The translations under genes were made by a program, and so were the position numbers. Shown one piece after another: positions 10,401 to 19,883 of a stretch of 64,000 nt of DNA. The stretch is taken from positions 90,219-154,218 of the forward strand of contig JAJDAF010000061.1 in NCBI GenBank assembly GCA_029261995.1, given 5' to 3'. The DNA comes from Candidatus Zhuqueibacterota bacterium (GTDB taxonomy: Bacteria; Zhuqueibacterota; Zhuqueibacteria; Oceanimicrobiales; Oceanimicrobiaceae). Every line of letters starts with the position of its first letter. Positions within the stretch are counted from its first letter, which is position 1. A model generated the notes under the pieces. It did no database searches. It was not told the DNA's origin and was given only the letters and a program-made list of their open reading frames with translations.

Positions 10401-11202
10401 ATCCTACAAGCAGTTGAAAAACGACTATGATAAGACCGAGTTTGGTCCGCAAGGTGAGTTCGGGCTCGGTGCGGTTGATTTGATTACCAACCACACAGAT
10501 GATGCCCTCAAGGTGTTGACGGGGATCCCTGGCAAATATCCCAAAAGTAGCGTGACACCGCTGGCTTACTTCAATTTGGGTGACTTCTACTACAAGTCAC
10601 AACAAATTCAGAACGCCATACATGCATTCAAACAAGTGGTGGCACATCCAAAGGCCGGCGAGTATCGCGGCAAGGGACTTCTCTACCTGATCCAGTGCTA
10701 CAGAGACGCGGGAATGTTGGATATTGCCGTCAGCACTACAAGAGATTATTTGGCGAGGTATCCTCAGTCAGAGCACAGCTTTCGCAAGAAAATCGACCTC
10801 GCTCAACTGTTGATGAATCTGAAAGAATACGGGCGAGCCATTGACCAGCTTCAATTGCTATTGCCCCATGCCGATAACACCACCGAGGCGGAGATTCAGT
10901 TTTACATCGCACAATCTTACAAAGAGAGAGGAGATTTCAGGAAGGCTGCTTCCGAATTCTTGAAGGTCAAATACCTGACGAAACCCAGCAAACTACCCTG
11001 GCACGTCACGGCCCTTTTTGAGACCGGGCGATGCTTTCTTCGTTTGAACGAAACGGCGCAGGCTCGAACCATCTTTGAACGTATTCTCCGGGAGCAGGGC
11101 AGCACCAGTAACTTTGGCCGATTTGCATTGAAGCAGCTTCAGTCCTTGGAGACCAACTCATCGAGCGCTTCACTGGAAGCGGATTCCGGGCAAAAACAGT
11201 AG
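7435..11202 (+). CDS. Large secreted tetratricopeptide-repeat (TPR) protein
   Basis: About 1255 aa from the ATG at 7435 (track ORF begins 7402 and overlaps the pcrA 3' end). N-terminal signal-like hydrophobic segment followed by many degenerate TPR-like helical repeats rich in A/L/Y/R. Confidence 0.65.
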   Translation: MRNLKFFPKLVAGLAVGALLLLPHAIFPQATLAEREFLFAQKLYNDALHSLAAEQLREFAERFPNDSRADHALLMSGLAYAAVDEFDNAFDRFKALELSYPQSQHLAESRFQMAACQSSLGEHKAAAELFRRVPYFHPQSDRAALSYLNAGRAYLASADLNGAVSSFMKVAADYPDSPLRIDAQLEVVRAYMGIDSLDRAIHEIDGIFRAFGSEVKDARVYWLRGQIFEALGNFDEAVRIYEKLIASFPGAQESRLAQYHLADYSRNKGDLSAALSKVDAFLQSRTGADTLLTQAHLLRGDILAADEKPDDAIDAYRQALDGAPSDLRAELGYKIARQMMLGGNLQGARQALSQVVHGANENDASEQRTKGYLNDAYLMFIDVTAQMGQTGDALRFASEYKRRFAGSENMPGVLFREARIIENGATDYTRAQRAYQTVLDTFPGCYWVDESKAAIGRCYEKLGEYRLALVEYQDYLRRFPAGDEYDVVAEKADLIARTVQLQPQAGNAGFARILSQGVSGIEPAKLALELGKVHLKAKGFDSAIAMLHQAMAEAAPNGDDLVLPETQFYLGQSHLLKAQRLQLAGDDAGRAAHTDSAVSAFHLLQSSFPENDHFAETQLRLVELALTRQDSLLASQDALGILKTWDADYPQHGGSEAILNSLADGYFDLVVAGDSTLADSAVKYYEESLRRFPEQNSTNKIVFNMARIWETSGRDSLALQALNSVLSTNMSASDHQTGPALLLRSAILRRSGQLDAARNDLRKVEREFFYSDIAKQARIALAELEFERGNYQSALDLYRRHLRDNRLDKSDTHAAAADAGSIYMQARSLDMLGLFDDALSSYLEFLRTHPTAELAEAARLAVARIAALRGNKTFAAEYYRAVLDGGRAISSRFQAAMALGSFKFEQKLYQDARERFQVALSLAGQPEMSRQAEREIIRCGYRLREFAAADAAVKSFKKAYRDTKKDEAQFLLDKAETYKVSKRFELARKSYKQLKNDYDKTEFGPQGEFGLGAVDLITNHTDDALKVLTGIPGKYPKSSVTPLAYFNLGDFYYKSQQIQNAIHAFKQVVAHPKAGEYRGKGLLYLIQCYRDAGMLDIAVSTTRDYLARYPQSEHSFRKKIDLAQLLMNLKEYGRAIDQLQLLLPHADNTTEAEIQFYIAQSYKERGDFRKAASEFLKVKYLTKPSKLPWHVTALFETGRCFLRLNETAQARTIFERILREQGSTSNFGRFALKQLQSLETNSSSASLEADSGQKQ

Positions 11203-11344
11203 CTGTTTCTCCACTCGCCTATAAACTTTTTCACCGCTGCCGGAGTTTTGCCGTTTTCTGGCTGACAACGGGAATAAAACTACAGTTAGGTAGTATTTCC
11301 TAGGAGAATTCTTAGCTTGATCTCTTATTTATGTTCTAAGAGCC

Positions 11345-11944
11345 GTGCAATTGATGCAATCTAACAATGAAAAAGATGTCCTGGCTTGCGTTCAGAGATC
11401 TTTAGAAGGCGATTCGCGGGCCTTCGACCAACTTGTCAAGACCTTTCAGAAGCGTGTCTATTTTACGATTTTGCAAATGGTTATGAATCACGATGATGCT
11501 GACGATGTTTTGCAAGAGACGTTCATCAAGGCTTACACAAAGCTGAACACGTTTGATTCGAGCTACCCGTTCTACCCGTGGCTCTATCGCATCGCGGTGA
11601 ACACTGCATTGAATCATCAGAAAAAGAAAACCCGGTTGCGTGCTTTATCTCTGGATGATTTGGATGGCAATAACCATCAAGCTGACCTGGCAGAGGCGCC
11701 GCCGCAAATGGATGAAATGCAGGGAAGCGAACTGGTTGAGAGCCTTAGAAGAGCACTGGAACGAATTCCGTTCGAGCAGCGGACGGTCTTCATGCTTCGC
11801 GTCAACGACGGTTTGAGTTATCAGGAAATCAGCGAGACACTGGAAATTTCGATTGGAACTGTCATGTCTCGGCTTTCACGAGCCCGGGAGAAACTGCGGC
11901 ATTTGCTACAAGGATATCTGGAAACAAAAGACATTGAGGTTTGA
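11345..11944 (+). CDS. RNA polymerase sigma factor, ECF (sigma-24) subfamily
   Basis: 199-aa ORF; region 2 motif (DDADDVLQETFIKAY, YPWLYRIAVN) and region 4 helix-turn-helix (LSYQEISETLEISIGTVMSRLSRAREKL). Confidence 0.85.
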   Translation: MQLMQSNNEKDVLACVQRSLEGDSRAFDQLVKTFQKRVYFTILQMVMNHDDADDVLQETFIKAYTKLNTFDSSYPFYPWLYRIAVNTALNHQKKKTRLRALSLDDLDGNNHQADLAEAPPQMDEMQGSELVESLRRALERIPFEQRTVFMLRVNDGLSYQEISETLEISIGTVMSRLSRAREKLRHLLQGYLETKDIEV

Positions 11945-11950
11945 ATTGCC

Positions 11951-13054
11951 ATGAACGATTGTTTGTACAAATGCAAAATTGAGTCCTTGCTAGATGGAAG
12001 GCTCACTGGGCACGACATGGATGATGTGTCCCAACATGTTCAGACTTGCTCGGCTTGCCAGGCCGAGTTGCACGTACTTGAACAGGTTGATGACTTGTTT
12101 CGGAGTAATCGAGACAACATATTTCCGCAGCCATCTTACCAATACTGGCAAGACGCTTCTGCTGGAATTGCCCGCAGGATTGAGAAGCAGAGAACGCCTG
12201 TCGTGCGCTGGCAAGCTCGTGGCGTCCAGGAATTCGCCGCCCGGCTGATGGCAATGCTTGAACCATCACCTGTCAGGCTAGGATTGGTTGGGTTGGCATC
12301 TCTGGCCTTGCTTGTGGTGCTGCTGGGTCGCAATCAGATGCCGCCGGCCGGGCTTGATATGGCCGCACCCGACGATTCCATGCCGACAATTGCGACGCCT
12401 CTTCACCTTTCAGATGCAGAAACCCAGCCGCCAGACCAGGGACCATCTGAAGTGCTGGCGGTCATCGCGACACCGGATGTCTCCGCGAAGCTAGTTAGCA
12501 ATGATCTGCCTGCGTCAATCAAAGCCATGCCGTGGTCTGAGCCTGTAGCGGTGGCCGTACGTGGGCCATTATTCCGGCGTCCGGCGCCTGTTCGTGAATT
12601 GATGCCAGTGCCGGCCCCCGCCTTCATCATGCTTGATGAAGAGAATCTGGATGGCGATGACTTGAGTGCGCCGCCAAGCGCGGTGGCCCTGAAGGTTAAA
12701 GGCCGACGCAAATCGCAAAGCGTGACTTCGGATGAGCAGGTCTCACCGCTGCCTGTAAACGAGAGTGACTTTGCGGAAACCATGTGGATAGTACAGGAGA
12801 GCAGGACGCTGGCCGAGAAGAAGAACATTTGGCTCTCTTATGTTACCAGGGAAAAGAATCCAACCTACCAGAAGATGGGCTACTACAACCTGGCGCTGGT
12901 GCTGGCCAATCTTGTTCACGAGACAAAGGACCCTGTACTTGCTCAGGATGCGATTGATTTCTATGTGGAGCACGAAGCTGCTTTACGCCCCCAGATGAAA
13001 GATCAGCGCTACAATCGGAAACTCAGTGCGCTCAGAACGATTGCCCAACCCTAG
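11951..13054 (+). CDS. Anti-sigma factor, zf-HC2 type, single-pass membrane protein
   Basis: 367-aa ORF 7 bp downstream of the ECF sigma gene; N-terminal H-x3-C-x2-C motif (HVQTCSACQ) and one transmembrane segment (LGLVGLASLALLVVLLG). Confidence 0.6.
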   Translation: MNDCLYKCKIESLLDGRLTGHDMDDVSQHVQTCSACQAELHVLEQVDDLFRSNRDNIFPQPSYQYWQDASAGIARRIEKQRTPVVRWQARGVQEFAARLMAMLEPSPVRLGLVGLASLALLVVLLGRNQMPPAGLDMAAPDDSMPTIATPLHLSDAETQPPDQGPSEVLAVIATPDVSAKLVSNDLPASIKAMPWSEPVAVAVRGPLFRRPAPVRELMPVPAPAFIMLDEENLDGDDLSAPPSAVALKVKGRRKSQSVTSDEQVSPLPVNESDFAETMWIVQESRTLAEKKNIWLSYVTREKNPTYQKMGYYNLALVLANLVHETKDPVLAQDAIDFYVEHEAALRPQMKDQRYNRKLSALRTIAQP

Positions 13055-13067
13055 TGATGGTCTAGCC

Positions 13068-15176
13068 ATGAAGTACAAGAATTGGCAATCAGTTTTTATC
13101 CTTGCGCTGATGTTATCTGCTTCGGCTTTGACATCGATTGTCGGCGCCCAAGGCTTCATTGTGCCTTTTTCGGGAAGCACGCTGACTCCCAGCCTTATTC
13201 AGCAAAATACGACCATCACATTGCAGGGGAACCATGCGGACGTGCTAATCCGCCAGACCTTTCAAAACCCTCACGATCTGACCATCGAAGGATTTTATTT
13301 GCATCCCTTGCCGACAGAGGCCGAAGCCGGTTCCGTCGTGCTCGAAATCAAAGGGAGGGGCTTTCGGGGTCAAGTACTTGACCAAGCGACTGCGAACGAC
13401 ATTTACGTTGAACGCTTTCGAAAGACCGGCAACCGCGCTTTTCTGACGATGATTCAGAACCGCCTTTACAAGGTCCGGGCATATCCGTTTTTTGCCGGCC
13501 AGAAGCTCGAACTTCGCCTGGCATACTCGATGAAATTGACTCATGATCCTTCAGGGCAGCGAAAACTGACCTATCCGCTGTACTCTCCCGGAGTGCCGCA
13601 GCAAAATGCGGCTCTGGACGCAAATCCGCGCTACAGGTTTGCTTCCAGCAGGATATCCACCGCAGGTCATTTCGGCAGCACCACGGCCACATCCGGAAAT
13701 TTCCAAAAGAGCCTGACAATCGAGATTTCAGATCAGGCAGAGGTCGGAGGGATATATTCCACCACTCATGCCATCAAAATTGACCGTATAGACAAGCATT
13801 CCGCGCGAATCCGTGCGGACGTGACCAATCCCGTGCTGGACAAGGAGTTTGTCCTTTACACTGGAACGAGGGAGAAGGATATCGACATCAATATCCTGAG
13901 TCGCGCTGCTCAGGGTGGGGTAGATGGGTATTTCGTTGCCACAATCTCACCAGACTGGACCGTCTCAGAGCGGCAAGCTGTTCCCAAGGATGTCGTTTTC
14001 ATACTTGACCTTTCTAATGCAATGCAAGCACAGCGGCTCAATAGAAGTAAAGATGCGCTTGAATACTGTATTGCCAACTTAAACAAAACTGACCGTTTTA
14101 ACATTATTACGTTTGCTACGGACGTTCGACTATTTCAAAAGAGGCTTGTTCCTGTTGGGGAATACCGTGCAGATGGTCTGGCATTCTTGCGCGATTTGCG
14201 TCCAAGGGGCGGCGCAAATATGCACAGCGCCATCCTCACGGCGCTCAGCTTAAAGGGAGAGCCTGGCCGTGAGTCGCGCACTATCATTCTGTTGACCGCA
14301 GGCGCGCATACGGTTGGCGTTACTGATCCATCTCAAATTGCGAATGATATTGAAGCCCTGAATGTCGGGGGCTATCGAATCTATGCGTTCAATGTCGGTA
14401 GCGGCGCCAGCGACCAACTGCTCAGCCGAGTCAGTCAAATCAGTGGCGGGGATGAACACCATGTGCCAGCCACTGCCGACATCGTATCTGTTGTTGCCAA
14501 GTTTTATGACTCCATCGATCTGCCCGTCATGTCCGCGCCTAGAATCACATTTTCCGGCCTGGAAATATACGATGTCTACCCGGCGCGTTTACCATCCGTG
14601 GTTGCCGGTCGGCAACAGCACGTTGCGGGAAGGTTCAAAGGCTCTGGCAGGTTGACCGCGATACTGTCAGGGCTGGCGCTAGCCGGACAGCAGGACTTCA
14701 CCTGTGAAACGGAGGTCGGAGGCGAATCTTCCGGCAACGATACGGCTTTGCCGGCCATTTGGGCCCGAATGAAGATGGCCTCGCTGCTGGATGACCCGCC
14801 TCGCTCTGATCAAAAAGCATCGCGCTCGACGCAGTCCGGATCATTCATTCAGCGTGGTGAAAAGAAACGGCCCAATGGCTCTGCTGCGAGTGAGCTGGCG
14901 TTGCAACGAATCCGCCACGTCAACGACAGAGTGTTTCGCCGCACCCCGCAAGGCGGTTGGCTCGAGGGCGGACTTTCGGTCGAAGCGTCTCAAGCCAGAG
15001 ATACGCGGCATATCATCTACCGCAGCCAGGAATACTACGACTATGTCCAAGGAAACCCAGCAGCCGCCCAATATCTAGCCATTGGACCTAACGTTCTTTT
15101 TCAATTTGACAATACTTTAATAAAAATAGACGAACAGATTTCGCCGGAAGGTCGTATCATAACCAGCGACAACTGA
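13068..15176 (+). CDS. Secreted VIT plus von Willebrand factor A (VWA) domain protein
   Basis: About 702 aa from ATG 13068 (track ORF starts 13026). Signal peptide, VIT-like N-terminal region, VWA MIDAS-type motif (VVFILDLSNAM ... ITFATD). Confidence 0.7.
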   Translation: MKYKNWQSVFILALMLSASALTSIVGAQGFIVPFSGSTLTPSLIQQNTTITLQGNHADVLIRQTFQNPHDLTIEGFYLHPLPTEAEAGSVVLEIKGRGFRGQVLDQATANDIYVERFRKTGNRAFLTMIQNRLYKVRAYPFFAGQKLELRLAYSMKLTHDPSGQRKLTYPLYSPGVPQQNAALDANPRYRFASSRISTAGHFGSTTATSGNFQKSLTIEISDQAEVGGIYSTTHAIKIDRIDKHSARIRADVTNPVLDKEFVLYTGTREKDIDINILSRAAQGGVDGYFVATISPDWTVSERQAVPKDVVFILDLSNAMQAQRLNRSKDALEYCIANLNKTDRFNIITFATDVRLFQKRLVPVGEYRADGLAFLRDLRPRGGANMHSAILTALSLKGEPGRESRTIILLTAGAHTVGVTDPSQIANDIEALNVGGYRIYAFNVGSGASDQLLSRVSQISGGDEHHVPATADIVSVVAKFYDSIDLPVMSAPRITFSGLEIYDVYPARLPSVVAGRQQHVAGRFKGSGRLTAILSGLALAGQQDFTCETEVGGESSGNDTALPAIWARMKMASLLDDPPRSDQKASRSTQSGSFIQRGEKKRPNGSAASELALQRIRHVNDRVFRRTPQGGWLEGGLSVEASQARDTRHIIYRSQEYYDYVQGNPAAAQYLAIGPNVLFQFDNTLIKIDEQISPEGRIITSDN

Positions 15177-15236
15177 AAACCGGAAGAGCGTATAAGAATT
15201 CCTCATTTGATCCCCTCCTCCTTTTAGCCATGAAAG

Positions 15237-15266
15237 AGCCGTGAATCACCACGGCTTTTTCATTTT
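15237..15266 (+). terminator. Rho-independent terminator downstream of the VIT-VWA gene
   Basis: Hairpin AGCCGTG-aatca-CACGGCT followed by TTTTTCATTTTT. Confidence 0.5.
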
Positions 15267-15334
15267 TAAGATTGCTTTTGTCTCCATTTTTGACTAAAGT
15301 TAGCCGACTATTCTGGAAGCGCCAACCTACATCT

Positions 15335-16201
15335 ATGAGTTCAACCGGATTGATCTTCAACGACCTAATTCAAGCATCAGCCGTCGAGCACATCAGGCGG
15401 GCTTTAATGGAAGACCTTTCGACCGTCGGAGATATAACATCTGAATCTATCATCCCCGAGAACCACACGTCACAAGCCGAGATCGTCACGAAAGAAGACT
15501 GTGTTGTGGCGGGAATCCTGGTAGCGCAGCTTACGCTCAACGAAGTCGATCCGACCTTAAGTGTTCAGCTTGACTGCAAAGATGGAGATGCAGTCCCGCA
15601 TGGTCGTGCTGTGCTGCGCGTGCAGGGTGCGACCCGGGGCATTTTAAAAGCGGAACGCATCGCCCTGAATTTTCTGCAGAGGCTGTCGGGCGTGGCATCC
15701 CTGACTGCGGCGTTTGTCGAGATGGTGCGTGGGACCAGAGCAAAAATCCTTGACACGCGCAAAACCACTCCCGGCTTGCGCTTGCTCGAGAAATACGCGG
15801 TTCGCGTTGGAGGGGGCCACAACCATCGGTTCGGTCTGCACGACATGGTCTTGGTCAAGGAAAATCATATCATGGCGGCTGGAGGCATTGCTGCGGCGAT
15901 CAACAACGCCCGAAACAGAGTCGGAGATTCTCTAAAAATTGTGGTTGAAGTTACCAATAAAGCTCAGATCCGCGAGGCGTTGCGGCTCAGTCCGGACCGA
16001 CTTCTTCTCGACAACATGAGTGTTCGGGAGATGGTGCAGGCAGTTCGGTTGGTTGACGGACAGGCGCCGCTCGAGGTGTCTGGCGGCGTGACGCTGGAGA
16101 CTGTCCGAGAGATTGCCGAAACTGGAGTCGACTTCATTTCGGTCGGTGCACTGACTCATTCTTGTCGCGCCATGGATTTTTCCTTACTCCTTACCAACTA
16201 A
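15335..16201 (+). CDS. nadC: Nicotinate-nucleotide pyrophosphorylase (quinolinate phosphoribosyltransferase)
   Basis: About 288 aa from ATG 15335; conserved blocks ILDTRKTTPGLR, VRVGGGHNHRFGL, VLVKENH typical of NadC. Confidence 0.85.
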   Translation: MSSTGLIFNDLIQASAVEHIRRALMEDLSTVGDITSESIIPENHTSQAEIVTKEDCVVAGILVAQLTLNEVDPTLSVQLDCKDGDAVPHGRAVLRVQGATRGILKAERIALNFLQRLSGVASLTAAFVEMVRGTRAKILDTRKTTPGLRLLEKYAVRVGGGHNHRFGLHDMVLVKENHIMAAGGIAAAINNARNRVGDSLKIVVEVTNKAQIREALRLSPDRLLLDNMSVREMVQAVRLVDGQAPLEVSGGVTLETVREIAETGVDFISVGALTHSCRAMDFSLLLTN

Positions 16202-16215
16202 GCGGGCCACTTTAT

Positions 16216-16632
16216 ATGATAAAAAAAATTGACCATCTCGGCATCGCCGTTCGTGACCTGGATGCATCAATCAAACGGTATGAAGACTTGACCGGAAACC
16301 CTCCGGCGCATCGTGAAACCGTAAAGGAGCAGGCTGTTGACACCGCGTTCTTCCCCCTTGGAGACGTGAAATTAGAGTTGCTTAAAGGTATCTCTCAGGA
16401 GTCCGCGGTAAGTCGATTCATCGATAAGCGAGGCGAGGGATTGCATCACATCTGCTTCGAAGTTGAGGAACTCACCACAGCAATGACGGCCCTGACGGCT
16501 CTCGGATTTGAGTTCGTCAATTCGAAGTCGGCGCAGGGTGCGGGTGACACAAAGGTCGCATTCATCCATCCGCGAAGTACAGGTGGGATTCTGTTTGAAT
16601 TGGTAGAACACCCCAAGCCCACACTTGAGTAG
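16216..16632 (+). CDS. VOC family protein, likely methylmalonyl-CoA epimerase
   Basis: About 138 aa from ATG 16216; IDHLGIAVRDLD and HHICFEV metal-binding-type motifs of the glyoxalase/VOC fold; size matches methylmalonyl-CoA epimerase. Confidence 0.65.
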   Translation: MIKKIDHLGIAVRDLDASIKRYEDLTGNPPAHRETVKEQAVDTAFFPLGDVKLELLKGISQESAVSRFIDKRGEGLHHICFEVEELTTAMTALTALGFEFVNSKSAQGAGDTKVAFIHPRSTGGILFELVEHPKPTLE

Positions 16633-16641
16633 CCTGCCATC

Positions 16642-18486
16642 GTGATCTCAGAGTCTTTGCAAGAAAAGCTCGACACGCTTCCCAAACGGCCTGGATGCTA
16701 TCTGTTCAAGGATCGGGACCAGAAGGTTATCTACATTGGCAAGGCAAAGGCACTTCGCAACAGAGTCAGGTCATACTTTCAGGACAGCCGGGTTGAAGGG
16801 GCGAAGCTCATACGCCTGAAATCCAGAATCAGCGACTTCGAAATCATCATCACGGACACCGAGATGGAAGCGTTGATTCTCGAGATGAACCTGGTCAAGG
16901 AATACAAACCACGCTATAATATCAACCTGAAGGATGACAAGAGCTTTCCGTACATTCGAGTGACCACCGAGCGCTTTCCTCGGGTCTTTCCGACTCGCAG
17001 ACTTGTGAAAGATGGCTCGCGATATTTTGGGCCGTACACCGACGTCAGGGCCATGCGGACGTTGCTGAAATCGGTCAAACGGATTTTCCCGGTACGCAGT
17101 TGCAATTACGATTTGACGGAAGAAGTAGTGAGTAGCAAGAAAGTAAAACTTTGCCTGGATTACCACATCAAGAAATGTGACGGACCCTGCGAAGGTCTCA
17201 TTTCGGAAGCCGAATACAGCGAGATGGTGGAACAGGTCGTGGACTTTATCAACGGTAAGAACAACAAGGTCGTCCGGGAACTGACAGGCAAAATGGAGAC
17301 TTTGGCGGCGAACACCAACTATGAGGGCGCAGCGCACGTGCGCGACCAGATCAAGTTCATCGAGAGCTTTCAGTACAAACAGAAGGTGGTCACGGATGAG
17401 CTTAAAGATCGCGACATTCTGGCGACCGCCATCGAGGACAACGACGCCTGTGGAGTGGTTTTCAAGGTCAGGGATGGAAAAATTCTTGGCCGGCAGCACT
17501 ACTATTTGGCGGGCGTGGAAGATGAGTCTCCAGCCCGTGTCGTGGAGTCGTTCCTGAAGCAGTTCTACCTCAAAGTGGATTTCATCCCGGAGGAATTGTT
17601 TGTGCCTGCCGAGTTGGAGGAGCAAGTTGAAATAGAGTCATGGCTCAGCGAGCGCAAGGGAATGCGGGTGAGGTTGGTGCGTCCCCAACGGGGACAAAAA
17701 CTCAAACTGGTGGAAATGGCCACAAAAAACGCTACTTTGCTTCTCGACGAGCTAAAGCTTCAGAAACTGAAAGCAAAGTCGGCTGTACACCATAACGTGC
17801 AGGCGCTGCAACGGGATTTGCGACTGAAGTTGCCACCAAATCGAATTGAGTGCTTTGATATCTCGAACATCCAGGGAACCGACCCGGTTGCGTCCATGGT
17901 GACCTTCGTGAATGGCAAGCCCAGGAAGAGTGACTATCGAAAGTTCAAGATCCGGAGCAAAGCCACACCGGATGATTTCGCAATGATGGCAGAGGCGATT
18001 CGGCGGCGCTACAGCGGCTCTTTGGCTGAGGCCATGCCCATGCCCGACCTTCTGCTCGTAGATGGCGGCAAGGGGCAACTGTCGTCTGCGGTGGCGGTGC
18101 TGCACGAGTTGGACCTACTGGCCGCGCTGCCGGTTGCCGCTCTGGCGAAACGGCTGGATGAAGTCTTTGTGCCTGGGTCTCCGGATGCCCAGAACATCCC
18201 CAGGACTTCGTCTGGTCTGAAACTTCTACAACAGCTACGCGACGAGGCGCACCGGTTCGCCATCACTTTCCACCGCTCGTTGCGACAAAAACGCACCATC
18301 CAGTCTGAACTCGACTCTGTGCCAGGCATTGGGCCGGCACGCAGAAAGGCGCTCCTGACGTATTTCGGCTCCGTCAAGAACATTCGCGAAGCTGTTGTTG
18401 ATGAGATCGGATCTGTACAAGGAATAGCGCCCGATGTCGCCCGGCGGGTCTGGGAACACTTTCACATCATCCATCCAAGAGGCTGA
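16642..18486 (+). CDS. uvrC: Excinuclease ABC subunit C
   Basis: 614-aa ORF; N-terminal GIY-YIG nuclease motif (GCYLFKD ... VIYIGKAKALRNRVRSY), UvrBC-interacting region and C-terminal HhH-like domain. Confidence 0.9.
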   Translation: MISESLQEKLDTLPKRPGCYLFKDRDQKVIYIGKAKALRNRVRSYFQDSRVEGAKLIRLKSRISDFEIIITDTEMEALILEMNLVKEYKPRYNINLKDDKSFPYIRVTTERFPRVFPTRRLVKDGSRYFGPYTDVRAMRTLLKSVKRIFPVRSCNYDLTEEVVSSKKVKLCLDYHIKKCDGPCEGLISEAEYSEMVEQVVDFINGKNNKVVRELTGKMETLAANTNYEGAAHVRDQIKFIESFQYKQKVVTDELKDRDILATAIEDNDACGVVFKVRDGKILGRQHYYLAGVEDESPARVVESFLKQFYLKVDFIPEELFVPAELEEQVEIESWLSERKGMRVRLVRPQRGQKLKLVEMATKNATLLLDELKLQKLKAKSAVHHNVQALQRDLRLKLPPNRIECFDISNIQGTDPVASMVTFVNGKPRKSDYRKFKIRSKATPDDFAMMAEAIRRRYSGSLAEAMPMPDLLLVDGGKGQLSSAVAVLHELDLLAALPVAALAKRLDEVFVPGSPDAQNIPRTSSGLKLLQQLRDEAHRFAITFHRSLRQKRTIQSELDSVPGIGPARRKALLTYFGSVKNIREAVVDEIGSVQGIAPDVARRVWEHFHIIHPRG

Positions 18487-18488
18487 GC

Positions 18489-19883
18489 GTGCGCAGATCA
18501 TTGAACCTCCTTGTTGCGATTCCGGTCTTTCTTGCGCTGGCCCTGCCTGGCTCAGGCAAAGACAAGTACGATCCGACCACTCTGGTTTTCCCGTCCTTCC
18601 TGCACACAATGGGAATTCGCAAGGCTACAAAAACCCACCTGATGATCTACACCAGGAATCGTGTCAAGGTCAACGATCCGCAGGGCATCGTCGTGGTCAG
18701 GCTCAACAGTTGGGATGACCCGAAGACAAAGGACGATGACGATCAGGTGACTGGCTACGGCGTCAATTCCGGCGCGAACATGGTTGTTTTCAACAAATCG
18801 ATGACCTCGCTCGGCTTCTATGGCAAAGGCAAGTCAGGAATGCATAGTCTGAATCATCCTACTGCAATAGCGGCGAACGAGCAGGGTGATGTCTACGTTG
18901 CGGACACCGGCAACCATCGGATTGTCCGCCTGTTCAACCCGAAACAGAGCTTGAAATTCGTGCGAGCAATTGGCGGCCGGGGAGCTCTGCCTGGCCGCTT
19001 CGACAAGCCGACGGGCGTGGCGATGGACGAGTCTGGAATGCTCTATGTCAGCGATACCGGCAACCACCGGATTCAAGTGATTCGGCCCGACGATCAGTTG
19101 CACCTGTGGTTCGGAGACCAGGGCGTGCAAGCCGGCCAACTCTGGCATCCGGCGGGAATTGCCGTGACAAACGGCCGTGAAAGATGGTCGCACTACAAGG
19201 ACAAATTCATCGCCGTGGTCGATATGGATGGTTTGCGCATCCAAACGTTTTCACTCGACGGTAAATTTCAGAATGCTGTCCGGCTTCCGGAAATAGGCTT
19301 CGTTGAAGGAAAGCTGGCGTACGTTGCAATCGACTACTACAGCAACATGTGGGTCACGGACACGGTCAACGACTGTGTCCACAAGTTTGACCGCAAGCTC
19401 AACTATCTGACCACCTTTGGTCGAGAAGGCTCTGGCGACAAGGAATTCAAAGAGCCTAGGGGAATTGCGATTTACAAGCGATTTGGCCAGGTGTTTATCG
19501 CGGAAAAGGAATCCGCACAGTACTATTGGGTCGGAACGGATGTGCTTGACCTCACCCTGAGCAAGCCCGATTCGGTGGGGTTGTTCAGTCTGGATTTCAT
19601 GTTGACGGAGCCATCCTACCTGACCCTGAAAGTCAAGAACGAGACGACCTCTACTGAAGAAACTGTGCTGGAGCGTGTCAAAGTTGGCAGCGGCAGGCAG
19701 ACAATTTGGGTTGACGGAAGCCTCCAACGAGTAGCCGGAGACAGTTCACGCCAGCCAAGCTCAGGGCACGCTGACTCAGAAATTGCCCCTGGTGAGTATC
19801 GGTTCCGCCTGCAAGCGGAACCGACATATTCATCAATAAAACACTTTAAAAAACAACTTGAAGCCAGGATCACCATTAACTGA
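18489..19883 (+). CDS. Secreted NHL-repeat beta-propeller protein
   Basis: 464-aa ORF with signal peptide and repeated DTGNHRI-type NHL motifs ([25 protein letters not shown]). Confidence 0.65.
   Translation: MRRSLNLLVAIPVFLALALPGSGKDKYDPTTLVFPSFLHTMGIRKATKTHLMIYTRNRVKVNDPQGIVVVRLNSWDDPKTKDDDDQVTGYGVNSGANMVVFNKSMTSLGFYGKGKSGMHSLNHPTAIAANEQGDVYVADTGNHRIVRLFNPKQSLKFVRAIGGRGALPGRFDKPTGVAMDESGMLYVSDTGNHRIQVIRPDDQLHLWFGDQGVQAGQLWHPAGIAVTNGRERWSHYKDKFIAVVDMDGLRIQTFSLDGKFQNAVRLPEIGFVEGKLAYVAIDYYSNMWVTDTVNDCVHKFDRKLNYLTTFGREGSGDKEFKEPRGIAIYKRFGQVFIAEKESAQYYWVGTDVLDLTLSKPDSVGLFSLDFMLTEPSYLTLKVKNETTSTEETVLERVKVGSGRQTIWVDGSLQRVAGDSSRQPSSGHADSEIAPGEYRFRLQAEPTYSSIKHFKKQLEARITIN

Noticed and set aside
16219-16226. 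A8 homopolymer just after the start codon of the VOC/epimerase gene as a phase-variation tract
   Set aside because: Eight adenines encoding Lys-Lys is short for slipped-strand switching and the gene is a housekeeping enzyme; considered incidental.
16771-17625. 284-aa antisense ORF inside uvrC, and similar long shadow ORFs (e.g. 6264-6851, 8260-8730, 9542-10105, 12403-12828, 24665-25132)
   Set aside because: Each lies opposite or out of frame within a well-supported, motif-rich gene, with low-complexity or Arg/Ser/Pro-rich translations typical of non-coding shadow frames.
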